A stretch of 64,000 nucleotides of DNA from Bdellovibrionota bacterium (GCA_041739995.1 JBGSMV010000015.1:75854-139853); one strand, 5' to 3'; shown: positions 29,031-39,678, numbered from the stretch's first letter. Made by a program: numbers and translations. Notes: generated from the letters alone by a model not told the origin.

Positions 29031-30050
29031 CTAGAGAATCCAAGGCAGGGTGTGCCCTTTGCGGAGCATCGATTCAGTCACCGCCACTAAATCTCCTCGA
29101 TCCTGTCCAAGGATATAGCCGAGAGACTCCCAATAGGGATCTGTGACGGTGTGAGATCGGTTGGTTCGAATACACTCAGTGATAGTAAAGGCGCTCAACC
29201 ATTGGAACTGTTCTGCTTCGGAAGGATCGGTAGGCAGAGCTGGGGTCGCATAACGAACTGTACCAAAGGCTGCATCTCGTCCACATCCAGCGGCAGAAAG
29301 AACCAAGGCACTTACTTGAAGTGGCTGCACTCCATACACCGCCTCTCCCACTGCACTAATCTCTGCGCCGGAAGCAAGCATTTCGAGTGCTCTACGAGCG
29401 TCATCGAGTTCTCCAGAGGCGATGAGGAGGGCTAAGCCAGAGCGTCCTGCGAAACCTGCAAGCATACCTCTACCGGCTCCGAACTCGTGATTCCTTTCTC
29501 CGACCAAGAATCCAATCTGTGCGCGCAATATTGCGTCGTCAAGAATCGGTCGCCAAATGCGTTCGAACTGGCATGCGGCGAGACGTCGACAGACACCGTG
29601 AATTACCGCGACCGCCGCGATCACATCGGGCGAGAGAATTTCAATGGCGCGATGGATGCTATTGACCTTACGTCCCACTCCCAAGAACGGGTCACTTGCT
29701 GCGGCAAAGACGAGTCGTCGCAGTCCAATTAGCCCGCCATCAGTAAGTGTTTTCGTTTGCCCTGTAGAACTGAATACATAATTGCTTAAGCGCCATATGA
29801 ACCATGGCACTGGTCTGAGCTCTTGCACGATTTCGCGTGCCCGCGTCCAACTTTTCGCACTACGCTCATCCTTATTTTTTTGGAATTCGAGAACTTCCTT
29901 CTGGGTCCCCTCCAAGGCCTTATCAAACTCTTGGTCAAACGAGCCGGCGTCCGCGGGCATCTCTGGTTCAACCATCAGTGCCGCAGGATCTGCGTCTTCG
30001 CGCTCCTTGAGCACCAAGTCTGATAGAATTTCTTCCCCCTGACCTTTCAT
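29031..30050 (-). CDS. HDOD-like helical protein
   Basis: WRLSNYVF...VNSIHRAIEILS...GMLAGFAGRSGL...EAVYGV follows the HDOD pattern but lacks the HD residues; start placed at ATG 30050. Confidence 0.55.
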   Translation of the reverse strand: MKGQGEEILSDLVLKEREDADPAALMVEPEMPADAGSFDQEFDKALEGTQKEVLEFQKNKDERSAKSWTRAREIVQELRPVPWFIWRLSNYVFSSTGQTKTLTDGGLIGLRRLVFAAASDPFLGVGRKVNSIHRAIEILSPDVIAAVAVIHGVCRRLAACQFERIWRPILDDAILRAQIGFLVGERNHEFGAGRGMLAGFAGRSGLALLIASGELDDARRALEMLASGAEISAVGEAVYGVQPLQVSALVLSAAGCGRDAAFGTVRYATPALPTDPSEAEQFQWLSAFTITECIRTNRSHTVTDPYWESLGYILGQDRGDLVAVTESMLRKGHTLPWIL

Positions 30051-30711
30051 GCGTAGTTTAGCTCCAACGAACAGGCGCTGATTGAGTTCTAATCGGCATA
30101 ATGTCGAAAAATCTGGACCTCCGAAGCGATGAAGATCGTGCAACTCCGCCCGTCCCTCTAGGAAAAACGAGCACGCCCCAATGGGACACCCAATCTCCCC
30201 TGCTCGCCCCACCGCCACCCGCGTCTCCGGAAGCTGCCCCAGCCTCCAATAGCTGGCCACCCACGCTTGCCAACCCCGCTTCTGCCGAAAACCCTTGGGC
30301 AAATCGACTCGTGGGCCGATTCGCCGACACCCATTGACCGCGCTCCAAGCGCTCCTGAACATCTCTGTAATTTCAGCACACTAAGCCGTGGTTTTGGGAA
30401 AGAGAGGATCCCTACCCGTCACTCCGCTTCTATAGCGGTCTGTATTTACTACGAAAATTAATAAATCCTTTCTTCCTTCACTCGCGTCTTATAGACATAA
30501 GAGCAACTTGAGCTCTAACTGCTTGTGTTTGCTATATAAGTGAAGTAGTAACGGAAGAATTTCCGAGCATTTGTATCAAGCTCGTTTCGTGGTCTGAAGT
30601 ATTCGAGAGCCGTTTTTCATTAGAGTGCCCCACCCTTTTGGGATTCTCTAGCAGAAAATTAGCCTTGAACTAACTGGGTCCGAGTCGAGTCTTTTTCAGC
30701 GAGATCCATGT

Positions 30712-31065
30712 ATGGGCAATACCCGCTACTGTTTGACCAAAGCTGATTTAGCAGACTCTATTTACGCGGCGCTTCCGCTCGATAAGCAGAAGGCGGCGCA
30801 GATTGTCGAAGATTATGTTGAGCTCATCAAAGATGCGCTCGCCAAGGATGGCAAGGTAATGCTGTCTGGATTCGGCTCTTACGAAGTTAAGTTCAAACCC
30901 GCACGTCGTGGGCGCAACCCTCAGACCGGTGATTCGATCATTCTCCGACAACGCAAAGTCGTAAAATTCAAGCCAAGTCAGTTGCTGCGCAAAGCCATCA
31001 ACGGAAACACAAATATCTCCGAAGCTGATGCTGACTCCTTCGATGATACCGACGACGATATGTAG
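30712..31065 (+). CDS. Integration host factor alpha / HU-family DNA-binding protein
   Basis: LTKADL, VMLSGFGSY, ARRGRNPQTG, VVKFKPS; acidic tail. Confidence 0.93.
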   Translation: MGNTRYCLTKADLADSIYAALPLDKQKAAQIVEDYVELIKDALAKDGKVMLSGFGSYEVKFKPARRGRNPQTGDSIILRQRKVVKFKPSQLLRKAINGNTNISEADADSFDDTDDDM

Positions 31066-31091
31066 CCGAACCTGCGCTGCCCCGTCTCGTA

Positions 31092-31188
31092 GTCCCTCTT
31101 GGAATGTCCCTCTTGGAATGTCCCTCTTGGAATGTCCCTCTTGGAATGTCCCTCTTGGAATGTCCCTCTTGGAATGTCCCTCTTGGAA
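31092..31188. repeat. Tandem repeat (GTCCCTCTTGGAAT) x ~7
   Basis: Six perfect 14-bp units plus a 13-bp seventh; no spacers. Confidence 0.97.
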
Positions 31189-31379
31189 CTTATATCACCC
31201 AATTGTGTAGCGAATCTGCGGCGCTTGGGTGCGCGCTGGTGTCGAGCCTCTTTGAGCTGCGCCGCTGCTTGCAATAGAGCACCTCTACCCACATCGCCGC
31301 AACTTCGGAGCGCCCTCAAAGCACCTGGGTTTCAAATGGATTTGCCTCGAAGCGAGGTGGTCCTCTAAGCTCAAGGCCT

Positions 31380-31625
31380 ATGAGATACATCCCCTTCCCT
31401 ACCGCTTCGACGTTGCTCCGGTTCGCTGCGCTCATCATTTGCTTGCCTCTATCTGGATGCAAAGAAAGCACTCCGCAGACTTCGACGCCTTCAGAGCCAA
31501 AGACCCATTTTGGACAGGCACTCGAAAGTGCCCGTGACACAAGCGCGGCCGTCTCTTTAAAGAATCAGCAAGTCCAAGAAGAGATCAACGAATTGGGGGA
31601 CGAGCAGCAGACACCCGAGGAGTAG
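31380..31625 (+). CDS. Small lipoprotein
   Basis: Lipobox LSGC after a hydrophobic signal. Confidence 0.7.
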   Translation: MRYIPFPTASTLLRFAALIICLPLSGCKESTPQTSTPSEPKTHFGQALESARDTSAAVSLKNQQVQEEINELGDEQQTPEE

Positions 31626-31764
31626 AGTAAGGACAGCTCATTCTTCGCCTCACTTCTTAGCCAGCCTTGGTCGCTCTCTGTTTTAAACAGCCCTCTCGGT
31701 ATTCCACTCATCCATAAATACGATCTCCTAGTATGAAAAAATGAAAATGAAGAAAAAAGGGCGG

Positions 31765-33607
31765 CTAAGCGAGAAGGGTCAGTGCCAAGGCAGGCGCTTG
31801 GTTGGCTTGAGCAAGAACAGCCGCACCGACTTGAGTAAGGATTTGTCTCCGAGCAAGCTCAGCGCTGTCCTCCGCCACATCAGAATTGGTAATTCGCGCG
31901 TTCGCCGCGTTGTAGTTTTCGACTCGCGAGAAAAGCGCCCCTAGGGCTGCGCCAAGTCGGCTTTGACTGCTACCGATGGCTCCCCTTTCCAATGCAAGAC
32001 GACGCATAACGCCCTCAAGCAGATCTAAGGCGTCGTAAGCACCTTGCTGAGTCGTGATGTTGAGTCTCTGAATCGTCGTCGATTCCTGCGTATTGGCGAG
32101 ATATATTGAGTTGGAGGAAATTAAATCTGGCACCCCATCATTATTGAGATCCACCGCCCACGAACTGGCCGCGGGAGCATAAATCTCTGAATTCGCAAAG
32201 GTCCCGTCTCCTCCACCATAAAAAGCCTTCGCCTTTCCGCCAGCATCCCGCGTCAGGAGATCTAGTTTCCCGTCACCATTCATATCAATGATAGATAGGA
32301 CTCCCAAGCCTCCCGTGCCGACATTCACCGCTGAATGAAAAGTTCCATTGCCGCTTCCGCTGAACGTGTGAACACCGCCCGCTGAGATTGCCGCTGCGTC
32401 AAGGATGCCGTCGTTATTGAAGTCGCCTAATTGAACATTGCTGATGCCGATGACCGCAGGAGTGATGAGAGAATTCCCCGCCTGAAAAGTTCCCGTTCCA
32501 GTCCCAAGCGCGCTCACCAGAGAGGCGCCCGACGCATAGGCGATATCTAACTTGCCGTCGCCGTTAAGATCCCCGAGTGCTAGGGTTCCTGCGGCAGCAG
32601 CGCCGGTGAGCCCCGTGGCAAATGCGGTGCCAAAGGATCCGTCGGCAGCGCCAAGTCTGGCAGAAATAACACCGGCCGTTGAGACGCTTACAATATCGAC
32701 AAGCCCGTCCCCATTGAGATCTCCGATTTCTAACGCATTCACCGCTGAGGCACTAAGGAGGGTGGAGTCCATAAAGGTACCATCCCCATTTCCCAACGCG
32801 ACATAGAGTCCGCCACCTCCAACACCATCGTTATTTCCCTCGATGACATCAAGAAAACCATCCCCATTTAGGTCAGCTAACCGCGAAGTCGAACTCAAGC
32901 CGCGCGCTTAACGACGAAGACACTGCAACTCCGGCCTGAAAAGTCCCGTCTCCGTTCCCGAGATGCGCATAGAGCGCTCCGGCATCATCGGTTACAATCA
33001 GATCGATATGACCATCGTTATTGAGATCTCCTGAGGTCCCGTTGGCCCCTCCCGCAGGAGTGCTTAAAGCGGAACTCGCTGCGGAATTGAAGCTGAGGAG
33101 TATATTGCGAGAGAGTTCTTCGCCAATTCTAGCATTCAGGCGCTCAGAGTCTCCGAACCCAAGCTGCAATGCCAACTCCCCAAGTCGTCCATCGATTAGT
33201 ACTCGCCCATTAAAGGTAGTAGTAGCAACAATACGATTGAACTCGTCTGTAAGCGCGGTCGCTTCTTTATCATTTGAAACGCGCTGAACCCGCCCTAACG
33301 ACCCGTTTGCGGAGCTGTTCGCCAATTCCTGAAGTCGCGTTGCAATGCTAGAAAGTTGTGAGAGTGCAGAGTCTGCGATATTTAAGGCGCTGATGCCGTC
33401 GTTCGCATTGCGAATACTCTGTGAATAAACTCGGCTCCGCGCGCTTAACGACGAAGACACTGCGAGCCCAGCAGCATCATCTGAAGCATTATTGATACGC
33501 AGACCAGACGACAGTCGCTGCAGCGCAGAACCCATCGCACTCTCGTTTTGAGAGAGCATGCGCTGAGCTACAAGCGCATTGATGTTACTGCCAATACTTG
33601 TCGTCAA
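31765..33607 (-). pseudogene. Flagellin-framed protein with seven FG-GAP repeats, split by a frameshift (ORFs 32873-33607 and 31765-32898)
   Basis: Flagellin_N (RLSSGLRINNASDDAAGLAV, NANDGIS), Flagellin_C (RITNSDVAEDSAELARRQILTQVGAAVLAQANQ), seven D-[LFM]-N-x-D-G-x-x-D repeats; frame changes near 32900. Confidence 0.85.
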
Positions 33608-33666
33608 AAGTACTCCGTTACCACAACGACCTCTTCCCTCTCCTTAGGGTTAGATTCTTACTAAGG

Positions 33667-33693
33667 AAATCGTCTACTTATACCGCAGGCTTA
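33667..33693 (-). promoter_or_regulatory. Possible sigma28 (FliA) promoter for the FG-GAP flagellin
   Basis: Minus strand TAAG-N15-GACGATTT versus consensus TAAA-N15-GCCGATAA, about 60 nt upstream of the start. Confidence 0.35.
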
Positions 33694-34088
33694 ATGAATG
33701 GGGGCTAACCCCGCGGTTAACGTTTGAGCTGCTCGACCCTTCCTAAGATATTCCCCTAGCTAACCTGGGGTTACAGAAATCATTGGGACGCACATTCAGT
33801 GGTGGTCCGAGTCTCAGCGGGTCGAGAATGGTTGGGCGCCCCAAGCGGGCTCCTCACTCCGAACGAGGGACGCGTCAACGAAGAATCGTGATTGCTAAGT
33901 ATTTCCCCCACTAATGCCGGATTGAGAACAAAAATAGCCCCCGATTGTCCAGACACCGAGGACAGAGGTCGACTTAACAAGAGCATAGGAATTGCACTTA
34001 GCTCCTGAGCCCCGAACGGAGTCAGTGGGGCGTCATTCACACTCGATGTGCCTCAAGGTGCATAGAAGGGGTGGCGCCAGGAGGCAGT

Positions 34089-35937
34089 TTGCCGATAACA
34101 CTTGGTCAAAACATCTCTTCCCTTAACGCTCGCCGTTACCTCGACGGTAGTACTGCTCTATTTTCTGCTGCATCAGGAAGACTTTCGAGTGGTCAGCGAA
34201 TTTCCACTCCCTCGGACGATCCAGCCGGTCTCGCGGTCACTGCGGCTCTCTCTACAAAGTCACGAGTGCTCGGGCGAGCAGGCCGTAACCTTAGTGATGG
34301 AATTTCGGCTCTGCAGACGGCAGAAGGAGGCCTTACCTCAATCCAGACGTTGCTGGTTCGCATGAACGAACTTGCTGAACAGGCGGCGAATGGGAGTCTG
34401 AGCTCGGTTCAACGCAAGAGTCTTGACGAGGAGTTTCAATCTCTCTCTAAGGAAATTCAGCGTGTATCACGTACCACCTCTTTTAATAGGATCTCATTAC
34501 TTTCTGGACAGCGCAGTGCGCGAGCTCCTAGTGCGATGACCGCCACTGGCCTTCTGGGCCCTGCAGGCCTCTCCGGTGATGGGCGCTATGCGGTTACCGC
34601 GACGGCTGCCGACGGAGTGCGATTACATGATCTTCAAACGGGCGCCATTACCACTGTAGATGCTGCGGCCTCGAATGCGAATACGGTGATGGCGAGCAAT
34701 GGCGACATTGTTTACTCGAAAGGTGGCCAACTCTTCCATTTCAGCCGTTCGAGCGGAACAATCTCGCAAATTACCGCCTCACTTGACGCTGACCCATTCC
34801 TCGGACTTGCCATTAGTGCCGATGGCACGACCGTAGCCTTCACTACAACCACCAGATATACAAATGAAGGGAAGGTAAGCGATGGCGGTGTAAGCAGCGG
34901 AATGAACATCACTCTGCTAAATCTTGACACCGGCGTACTCAAGGTACTGGATGGAAACTCTTATTTAGGCAGCGACGGCTTCCGACTCAGCAATGATGGG
35001 TCAAAGCTGCTCTTTTACCAAGACGCCGGGCTATGGCAGGATATCTATTATGTTGACGAAACTATCCTGACCCCTCGCAATATTGCGACACACAACGTCC
35101 CAGGATTTATTCCAATTATCGGAGGAGTTACCGACGATGGTCGCGCCTTCTACGGCGCCTTCGATGACTTCGTTCAATTCACAGGCAACCTTGAACTAAT
35201 CGAGTACAATGGAAATACACAAACCAATTCACTTGTTCACGCCATCTCCTACTCAGGACCTGATATATATTCTATAGCCTCAATTACTGTAGGGGCCGAC
35301 AACAACACACTCCAAATTCTGAGTGGCCATAACTACACAGGCGAAAATACCTCGGAGCATATTCAGGCCTTCAAATTTGACCTCAGTTCTCGACAGTTCA
35401 CTCAACTTACGTCTTTCACCGGAGAACTCTCTGTATCCGCAAGCCCGACCTCCCTTCTTTCCGGGGACGGGAGTCGATTGGTTTATCTTGGTGCTGGATC
35501 ACGAGCCTTTGCAGTCGATCTATCTCCAGAATCTTCCCCGCTAGACATCGAAGCGGGTTTCGGTTCCGCCGGTCGCTTACTCGCCTCCTTGCCGGGCTTA
35601 GAGGGCGGGATCCGCGGTATTTGGGGGATACGCCGTGAAATCGCAGCGGGGAGCATGGGGTGCGCTTGATTCAACTCGCCAAGCTATCGCCAGGGTGGCA
35701 GAAATTCTTGGCGATCTTGGGTCATTCTCAAGCAGACTTCAGGCAGCTGCCACGGTCACCTCTGCCCAGGAAACGGAAATCTTGGCGGCTAGAAATCGTA
35801 TCACCGACATCGATGTGGCACAGGAGAGTGCGGCACTGCTTCGCTCCAGAATCGCACAAGATATTGGTGTCGCCATTCTCTCTCAGGCGAACCTCCAACC
35901 GCAGATTGTGCTCACCTTGCTGCAAGCAAGACAATAA
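34089..35937 (+). pseudogene. Flagellin-framed protein with TolB/WD40-like propeller, split by a frameshift (ORFs ending 35669 and 35635-35937)
   Basis: Flagellin_N (RLSSGQRISTPSDDPAGLAV, NLSDGIS), SxDG repeats (LSGDGRY, ISADGTT, LSNDGSK, LSGDGSR), Flagellin_C (RITDIDVAQESAALLRSRI...LSQAN); AGGAGG before TTG 34089; one extra base near TTTGGGGG at 35620-35627. Confidence 0.85.
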
Positions 35938-36061
35938 TAAGGCACTCGATTATTAATAGAAACGAGCCTGCCGACCTCATTTCTCAGAGGAGTAGTCGCC
36001 ACCGAAGTGAGAGAGGGGGGGGTCTCAGCGAAACACTTGGTCACGGCCGGTGAGCTTGCCA

Positions 36062-36592
36062 TCAAGCTTGGTCATTCGATCGAGATCTCCGAGAAACATC
36101 GCCAGAACATTGTGTGGTGCAATCGGCGTGAGTTCGTTGATGCGGAGTAGAGACTCTTCTATTCAAGGTGCTCAACAGAAGTCGCCAGCACAGAAACGCT
36201 AAGAATCCCAAGCAGAGTACTTGGCTAAGGTTCTCCTTCGAGTCAATACCGAGCGCAAAAAACCACATGGGGAATACTATAAAGAGCGACCCCACCGCGG
36301 CCACGATAAACATGAAAATATACTGCGCGAGCCCTCTCTTCCTCCAGAGGAACCGAAGCAAAGAGCAGATCAGAAGCAGCGCCAACAGCAAGGCCGCCAG
36401 TATTGCCGACAAGGTCCACGGTTCAAGATCGAACGCTCCGTCAATCGCAGTGAATGCGTTCCCCTGCGCGGGGAAGCAAAGGATCAAGAGCAGCACTGCA
36501 GTAATGACGTCCCTCCCAGGCGTGTCACGGTGGCCCCTCTGCATCTCAGAATCAACTTGGCGAGCAATTATCCGCCCAAACATTCTACCCAA
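36062..36592 (-). CDS. Hypothetical membrane protein
   Basis: Signal-like segment plus three hydrophobic helices. Confidence 0.55.
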   Translation of the reverse strand: MGRMFGRIIARQVDSEMQRGHRDTPGRDVITAVLLLILCFPAQGNAFTAIDGAFDLEPWTLSAILAALLLALLLICSLLRFLWRKRGLAQYIFMFIVAAVGSLFIVFPMWFFALGIDSKENLSQVLCLGFLAFLCWRLLLSTLNRRVSTPHQRTHADCTTQCSGDVSRRSRSNDQA

Positions 36593-36830
36593 CTTTATTG
36601 TCCCCGCTAAACAAAGCTAAGGAGGGACACTGGATCGTCGCACGCCTTTCTTGATGGAGTGGGTGGGAGACTCTCGGTTGAAAGGATATGCGCATTCAAA
36701 CTGCTCTGGAGAGCCCAGCTCGAAAGCCGAGAATTTTACATTTTCGCTTATGTGTAGAAGTGCTCACCGATTCTTACTCGACCCCCGGCGGGGCTTCAAT
36801 ATCGTACCGGTGAGGGATAAAGGATGAAAC

Positions 36831-37235
36831 TTAATGCCGCACCTGACACTGGCCAGACACTGTCGCAAGCGTGTGAAGAATGGTCTCTATGTCTTCTGGA
36901 TCTTCACTTCGAGTCATGAAAGCCACGGCGCCATGTCTAAAGGCCTGCTCCTCAGCCTCACGACTTCGAAGCTCTCCGGTCGCCACAACTGGAACTTCGA
37001 GTTCTGAGCACCCACGCATAAGCGCGACCGCTTCATTGTCAGCTGCATGCATGTCCATAAGGACTACCGAAGGATCGAAGCGCACCATGAGATTACGCGC
37101 CTCAAGACCTGAGCCAGCAAACTCGGCAACTATCTCGTATTGATGGCTACACAGCTCTATAATTTCGCGAAGTTGATCACGAAACTCAGGTTCACTTTCT
37201 ACAACCAGGAGCCTTACGTGTTTTCTAAGATCCAT
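36831..37235 (-). CDS. Single-domain response regulator receiver
   Basis: RLLVVESE, PSVVLMDM (phospho-Asp), PVVATG, AFRHGAVAFMTR; start placed at MDLRK. Confidence 0.85.
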   Translation of the reverse strand: MDLRKHVRLLVVESEPEFRDQLREIIELCSHQYEIVAEFAGSGLEARNLMVRFDPSVVLMDMHAADNEAVALMRGCSELEVPVVATGELRSREAEEQAFRHGAVAFMTRSEDPEDIETILHTLATVSGQCQVRH

Positions 37236-37563
37236 AGTTTTTTTCTCGTCGTAAGAGACCTGTCGGCAGACGAGCGCGAAAGTTAAAGGATTCAGAGCTA
37301 CGAAATTTTCGTTCCAAGGAAACGCTGAAAAACTTGGCTCAGTCATCGATCCTTCTCGAACCTGCTAGGCAAAAAACACCACGAGCTTCAGCCTTGGCTC
37401 GATGATAAAATGCCGAGGTAACCCATCGCATTCGCTTGGGGTTTACGGGGCTATCAACCTCACCTTACGGACTATCCACGCGGATTCCTGAAATCGTTCA
37501 ACAAAAGCCTCTTGCCGACTTCTAGTCTTATTGTATATGGTAACCCCATCGACGGAGACCAGT

Positions 37564-38337
37564 ATGGGCAACCCAAAATCGAACGAAAAGAACAAAAAAA
37601 CCAGCGTAACTGAAGGGTTGGACCATGAATCAGATAAACCCCATGAATCAGCTCGACCCCATGAAGCAGCTCAACCCCAGGAAGTAAGTGTCAGACAGGG
37701 GGCCCTTCCGGGAAGCACAGTAGAGTTTAAGTCGAGTACGCTAGCTCCTGTACAGCGTCAGACTTTGGAGTTTTTGCGCAACTTCATTGCTGACCGTGGG
37801 TACGTTCCCACACTGAAAGATATCTCAGGACACATTGGCGTAAAGTCGCTCTCGACTGCCCATTTTCACTTGGAACGTCTCGTCGATAAAGGTTTCATTC
37901 GACGTGGTGAAGACGGAATCGTCGAGCTGATAGAGGTGGCCAAACCAGAATTAGGTCCAACCGCCGTTCCGTTAGTTGGCGTAATCGCTGCCGGACTCCC
38001 TATCGAGGCAATCGAGCAAGCAACTTTCATAGACATTCCGCCGAGTATGATTGACGGTCGTGGCGAAGTGTATTGCCTAGAGGTCAGCGGGAATTCGATG
38101 ATCGACGAGCATATATGCGACCAAGATATTGTAGTCATTAAGAAACAGCCCAGCGCAGAAAACGGCCAGATAGTGGTAGCACTTCTTGATGACGGCACCG
38201 CAACTCTTAAGACATTTCGCCGATTAAAGAACGGCAAGGTGATGCTTATTCCGGCTAATCCGGCTTTGACTCCGATAACGCTCGACAGCGTTACCATTCA
38301 AGGCAGGGTCGTTGGAGTAATCCGTCAGCTTCATTGA
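37564..38337 (+). CDS. lexA: SOS repressor LexA
   Basis: GYVPTLKDI HTH, Ala-Gly cleavage site IAAGLP, catalytic GNSM and TLK; directly upstream of recA. Confidence 0.95.
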   Translation: MGNPKSNEKNKKTSVTEGLDHESDKPHESARPHEAAQPQEVSVRQGALPGSTVEFKSSTLAPVQRQTLEFLRNFIADRGYVPTLKDISGHIGVKSLSTAHFHLERLVDKGFIRRGEDGIVELIEVAKPELGPTAVPLVGVIAAGLPIEAIEQATFIDIPPSMIDGRGEVYCLEVSGNSMIDEHICDQDIVVIKKQPSAENGQIVVALLDDGTATLKTFRRLKNGKVMLIPANPALTPITLDSVTIQGRVVGVIRQLH

Positions 38338-38385
38338 GAGCGTTTCATTAAAAACATTTTATCAGCAACTTATCCGAAGGTGTGT

Positions 38386-39678
38386 ATGGCAATAAATGCG
38401 TCAAAATCGAAATCAACAAATTCTAACTCTGAGGCTGGAGATACAGAGAAAGACAAGGCTCTAAGCTCTGCAATTAGCCAGCTCGAAAAGCGTTACGGGC
38501 AAGGTGCAATAATGCAGCTTGATGGCGAAAACGTTGCCGCCATAGAGTCCATTCCATCAGGTAGCCTTGGTCTCGACATCGCCCTGGGTATTGGCGGAGT
38601 GCCTCGCGGTCGAATCGTTGAAATATATGGGCCTGAGTCCTCCGGAAAGACCACTCTCGCTTTGCACGTTGCAGCGCAAGCGCAGCGCAAACAGGGCACC
38701 GTCGTATTTATCGACGCAGAGCATGCGCTCGATGTAAATTACGCCAAGAAACTTGGCGTTAACACGTCTACTTTGCTTGTAAGCCAGCCCGACTGTGGTG
38801 AGCAGGCACTAGAAATTTGCGAGACTTTAATCCACTCAGGATCTGTAGATCTAGTGGTAATCGATTCGGTTGCAGCGCTTGTTCCGCGCGCTGAAATCGA
38901 CGGAGAAATGTCCGATCAGCAGCCCGGCCTTCAGGCTCGCTTGATGAGCAAGGCACTTCGAAAGCTAACCGCAATTGCCGCCAAGGCAGGCACGACGATT
39001 ATCTTCATCAATCAAATACGTATGAAGATTGGGGTAATGTTCGGCTCTCCAGAAACTACTTCCGGTGGTAATGCGCTAAAATTCTACGCCTCAGTGCGTA
39101 TGGATGTGAGACGCATAGGCTCCATTAAGGACGATGCAAACTCTGAAGTTCGCGGAAATCGAGTACGCGTGAAGGTAGTGAAGAATAAGATAGCGCCTCC
39201 ATTTCGTGAAGCTGAGTTCGACATTATTTTTAATGAAGGCATCAGTAAGGTCGGAGAGCTTGTCGACATCGGAGTGGATAAGGGCGTGGTCGATAAGGCC
39301 GGGGCCTGGTTTTCTTTCCGCGGCGAGCGTCTCGGACAAGGCAGAGAGGGAGCTAAGCAATTCCTTAAAGAGCATCCAGAGCTCGCCGATGAGATTGAGC
39401 GTCTCGTTCTTTCCACCATGGGCATTGGTGCCGACTCAACTGGTACGGAGTCAGGAGGATCGAAGGCTGGCAGTGTGGCTCTTGGTAATGTCGCTCTTGG
39501 CAGCGCAGCTCTGGACGAGAAAACCACATCTTCTCCTCTCGATGCAGTCGAGAAAGTTGCAGTTGCTGAAGCTAGCGACGAGGAATCTACTGAAAATTCT
39601 TCATCGAAAGCGAAGTCAGCCGGGGCTCGCCCTGGAAAGGGCAAGGCTTCCAATTCTATGGCGAGCGCTTCTACCTAA
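38386..39678 (+). CDS. recA: Recombinase RecA with long low-complexity C-tail
   Basis: [51 protein letters not shown]. Confidence 0.98.
   Translation: MAINASKSKSTNSNSEAGDTEKDKALSSAISQLEKRYGQGAIMQLDGENVAAIESIPSGSLGLDIALGIGGVPRGRIVEIYGPESSGKTTLALHVAAQAQRKQGTVVFIDAEHALDVNYAKKLGVNTSTLLVSQPDCGEQALEICETLIHSGSVDLVVIDSVAALVPRAEIDGEMSDQQPGLQARLMSKALRKLTAIAAKAGTTIIFINQIRMKIGVMFGSPETTSGGNALKFYASVRMDVRRIGSIKDDANSEVRGNRVRVKVVKNKIAPPFREAEFDIIFNEGISKVGELVDIGVDKGVVDKAGAWFSFRGERLGQGREGAKQFLKEHPELADEIERLVLSTMGIGADSTGTESGGSKAGSVALGNVALGSAALDEKTTSSPLDAVEKVAVAEASDEESTENSSSKAKSAGARPGKGKASNSMASAST

Noticed and set aside
30051..30362. N-terminal 104 aa of the 443-aa ORF and the opposing 30101-30337 ORF
   Set aside because: Composition is not protein-like and there is no RBS or motif support; the start was placed at 30050.
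31092..31188. CRISPR array
   Set aside because: Units are 14 bp, contiguous and without spacers; no cas genes in the window.
32900..33463. Diversity-generating retroelement TR/VR pair
   Set aside because: The repeat is only 27 bp, has no adenine-specific mismatches, and there is no reverse transcriptase in the window.
34091..34098. Perfect sigma28 -10 element GCCGATAA
   Set aside because: It lies inside the first codons of the gene and has no TAAA-like -35 at the right spacing.
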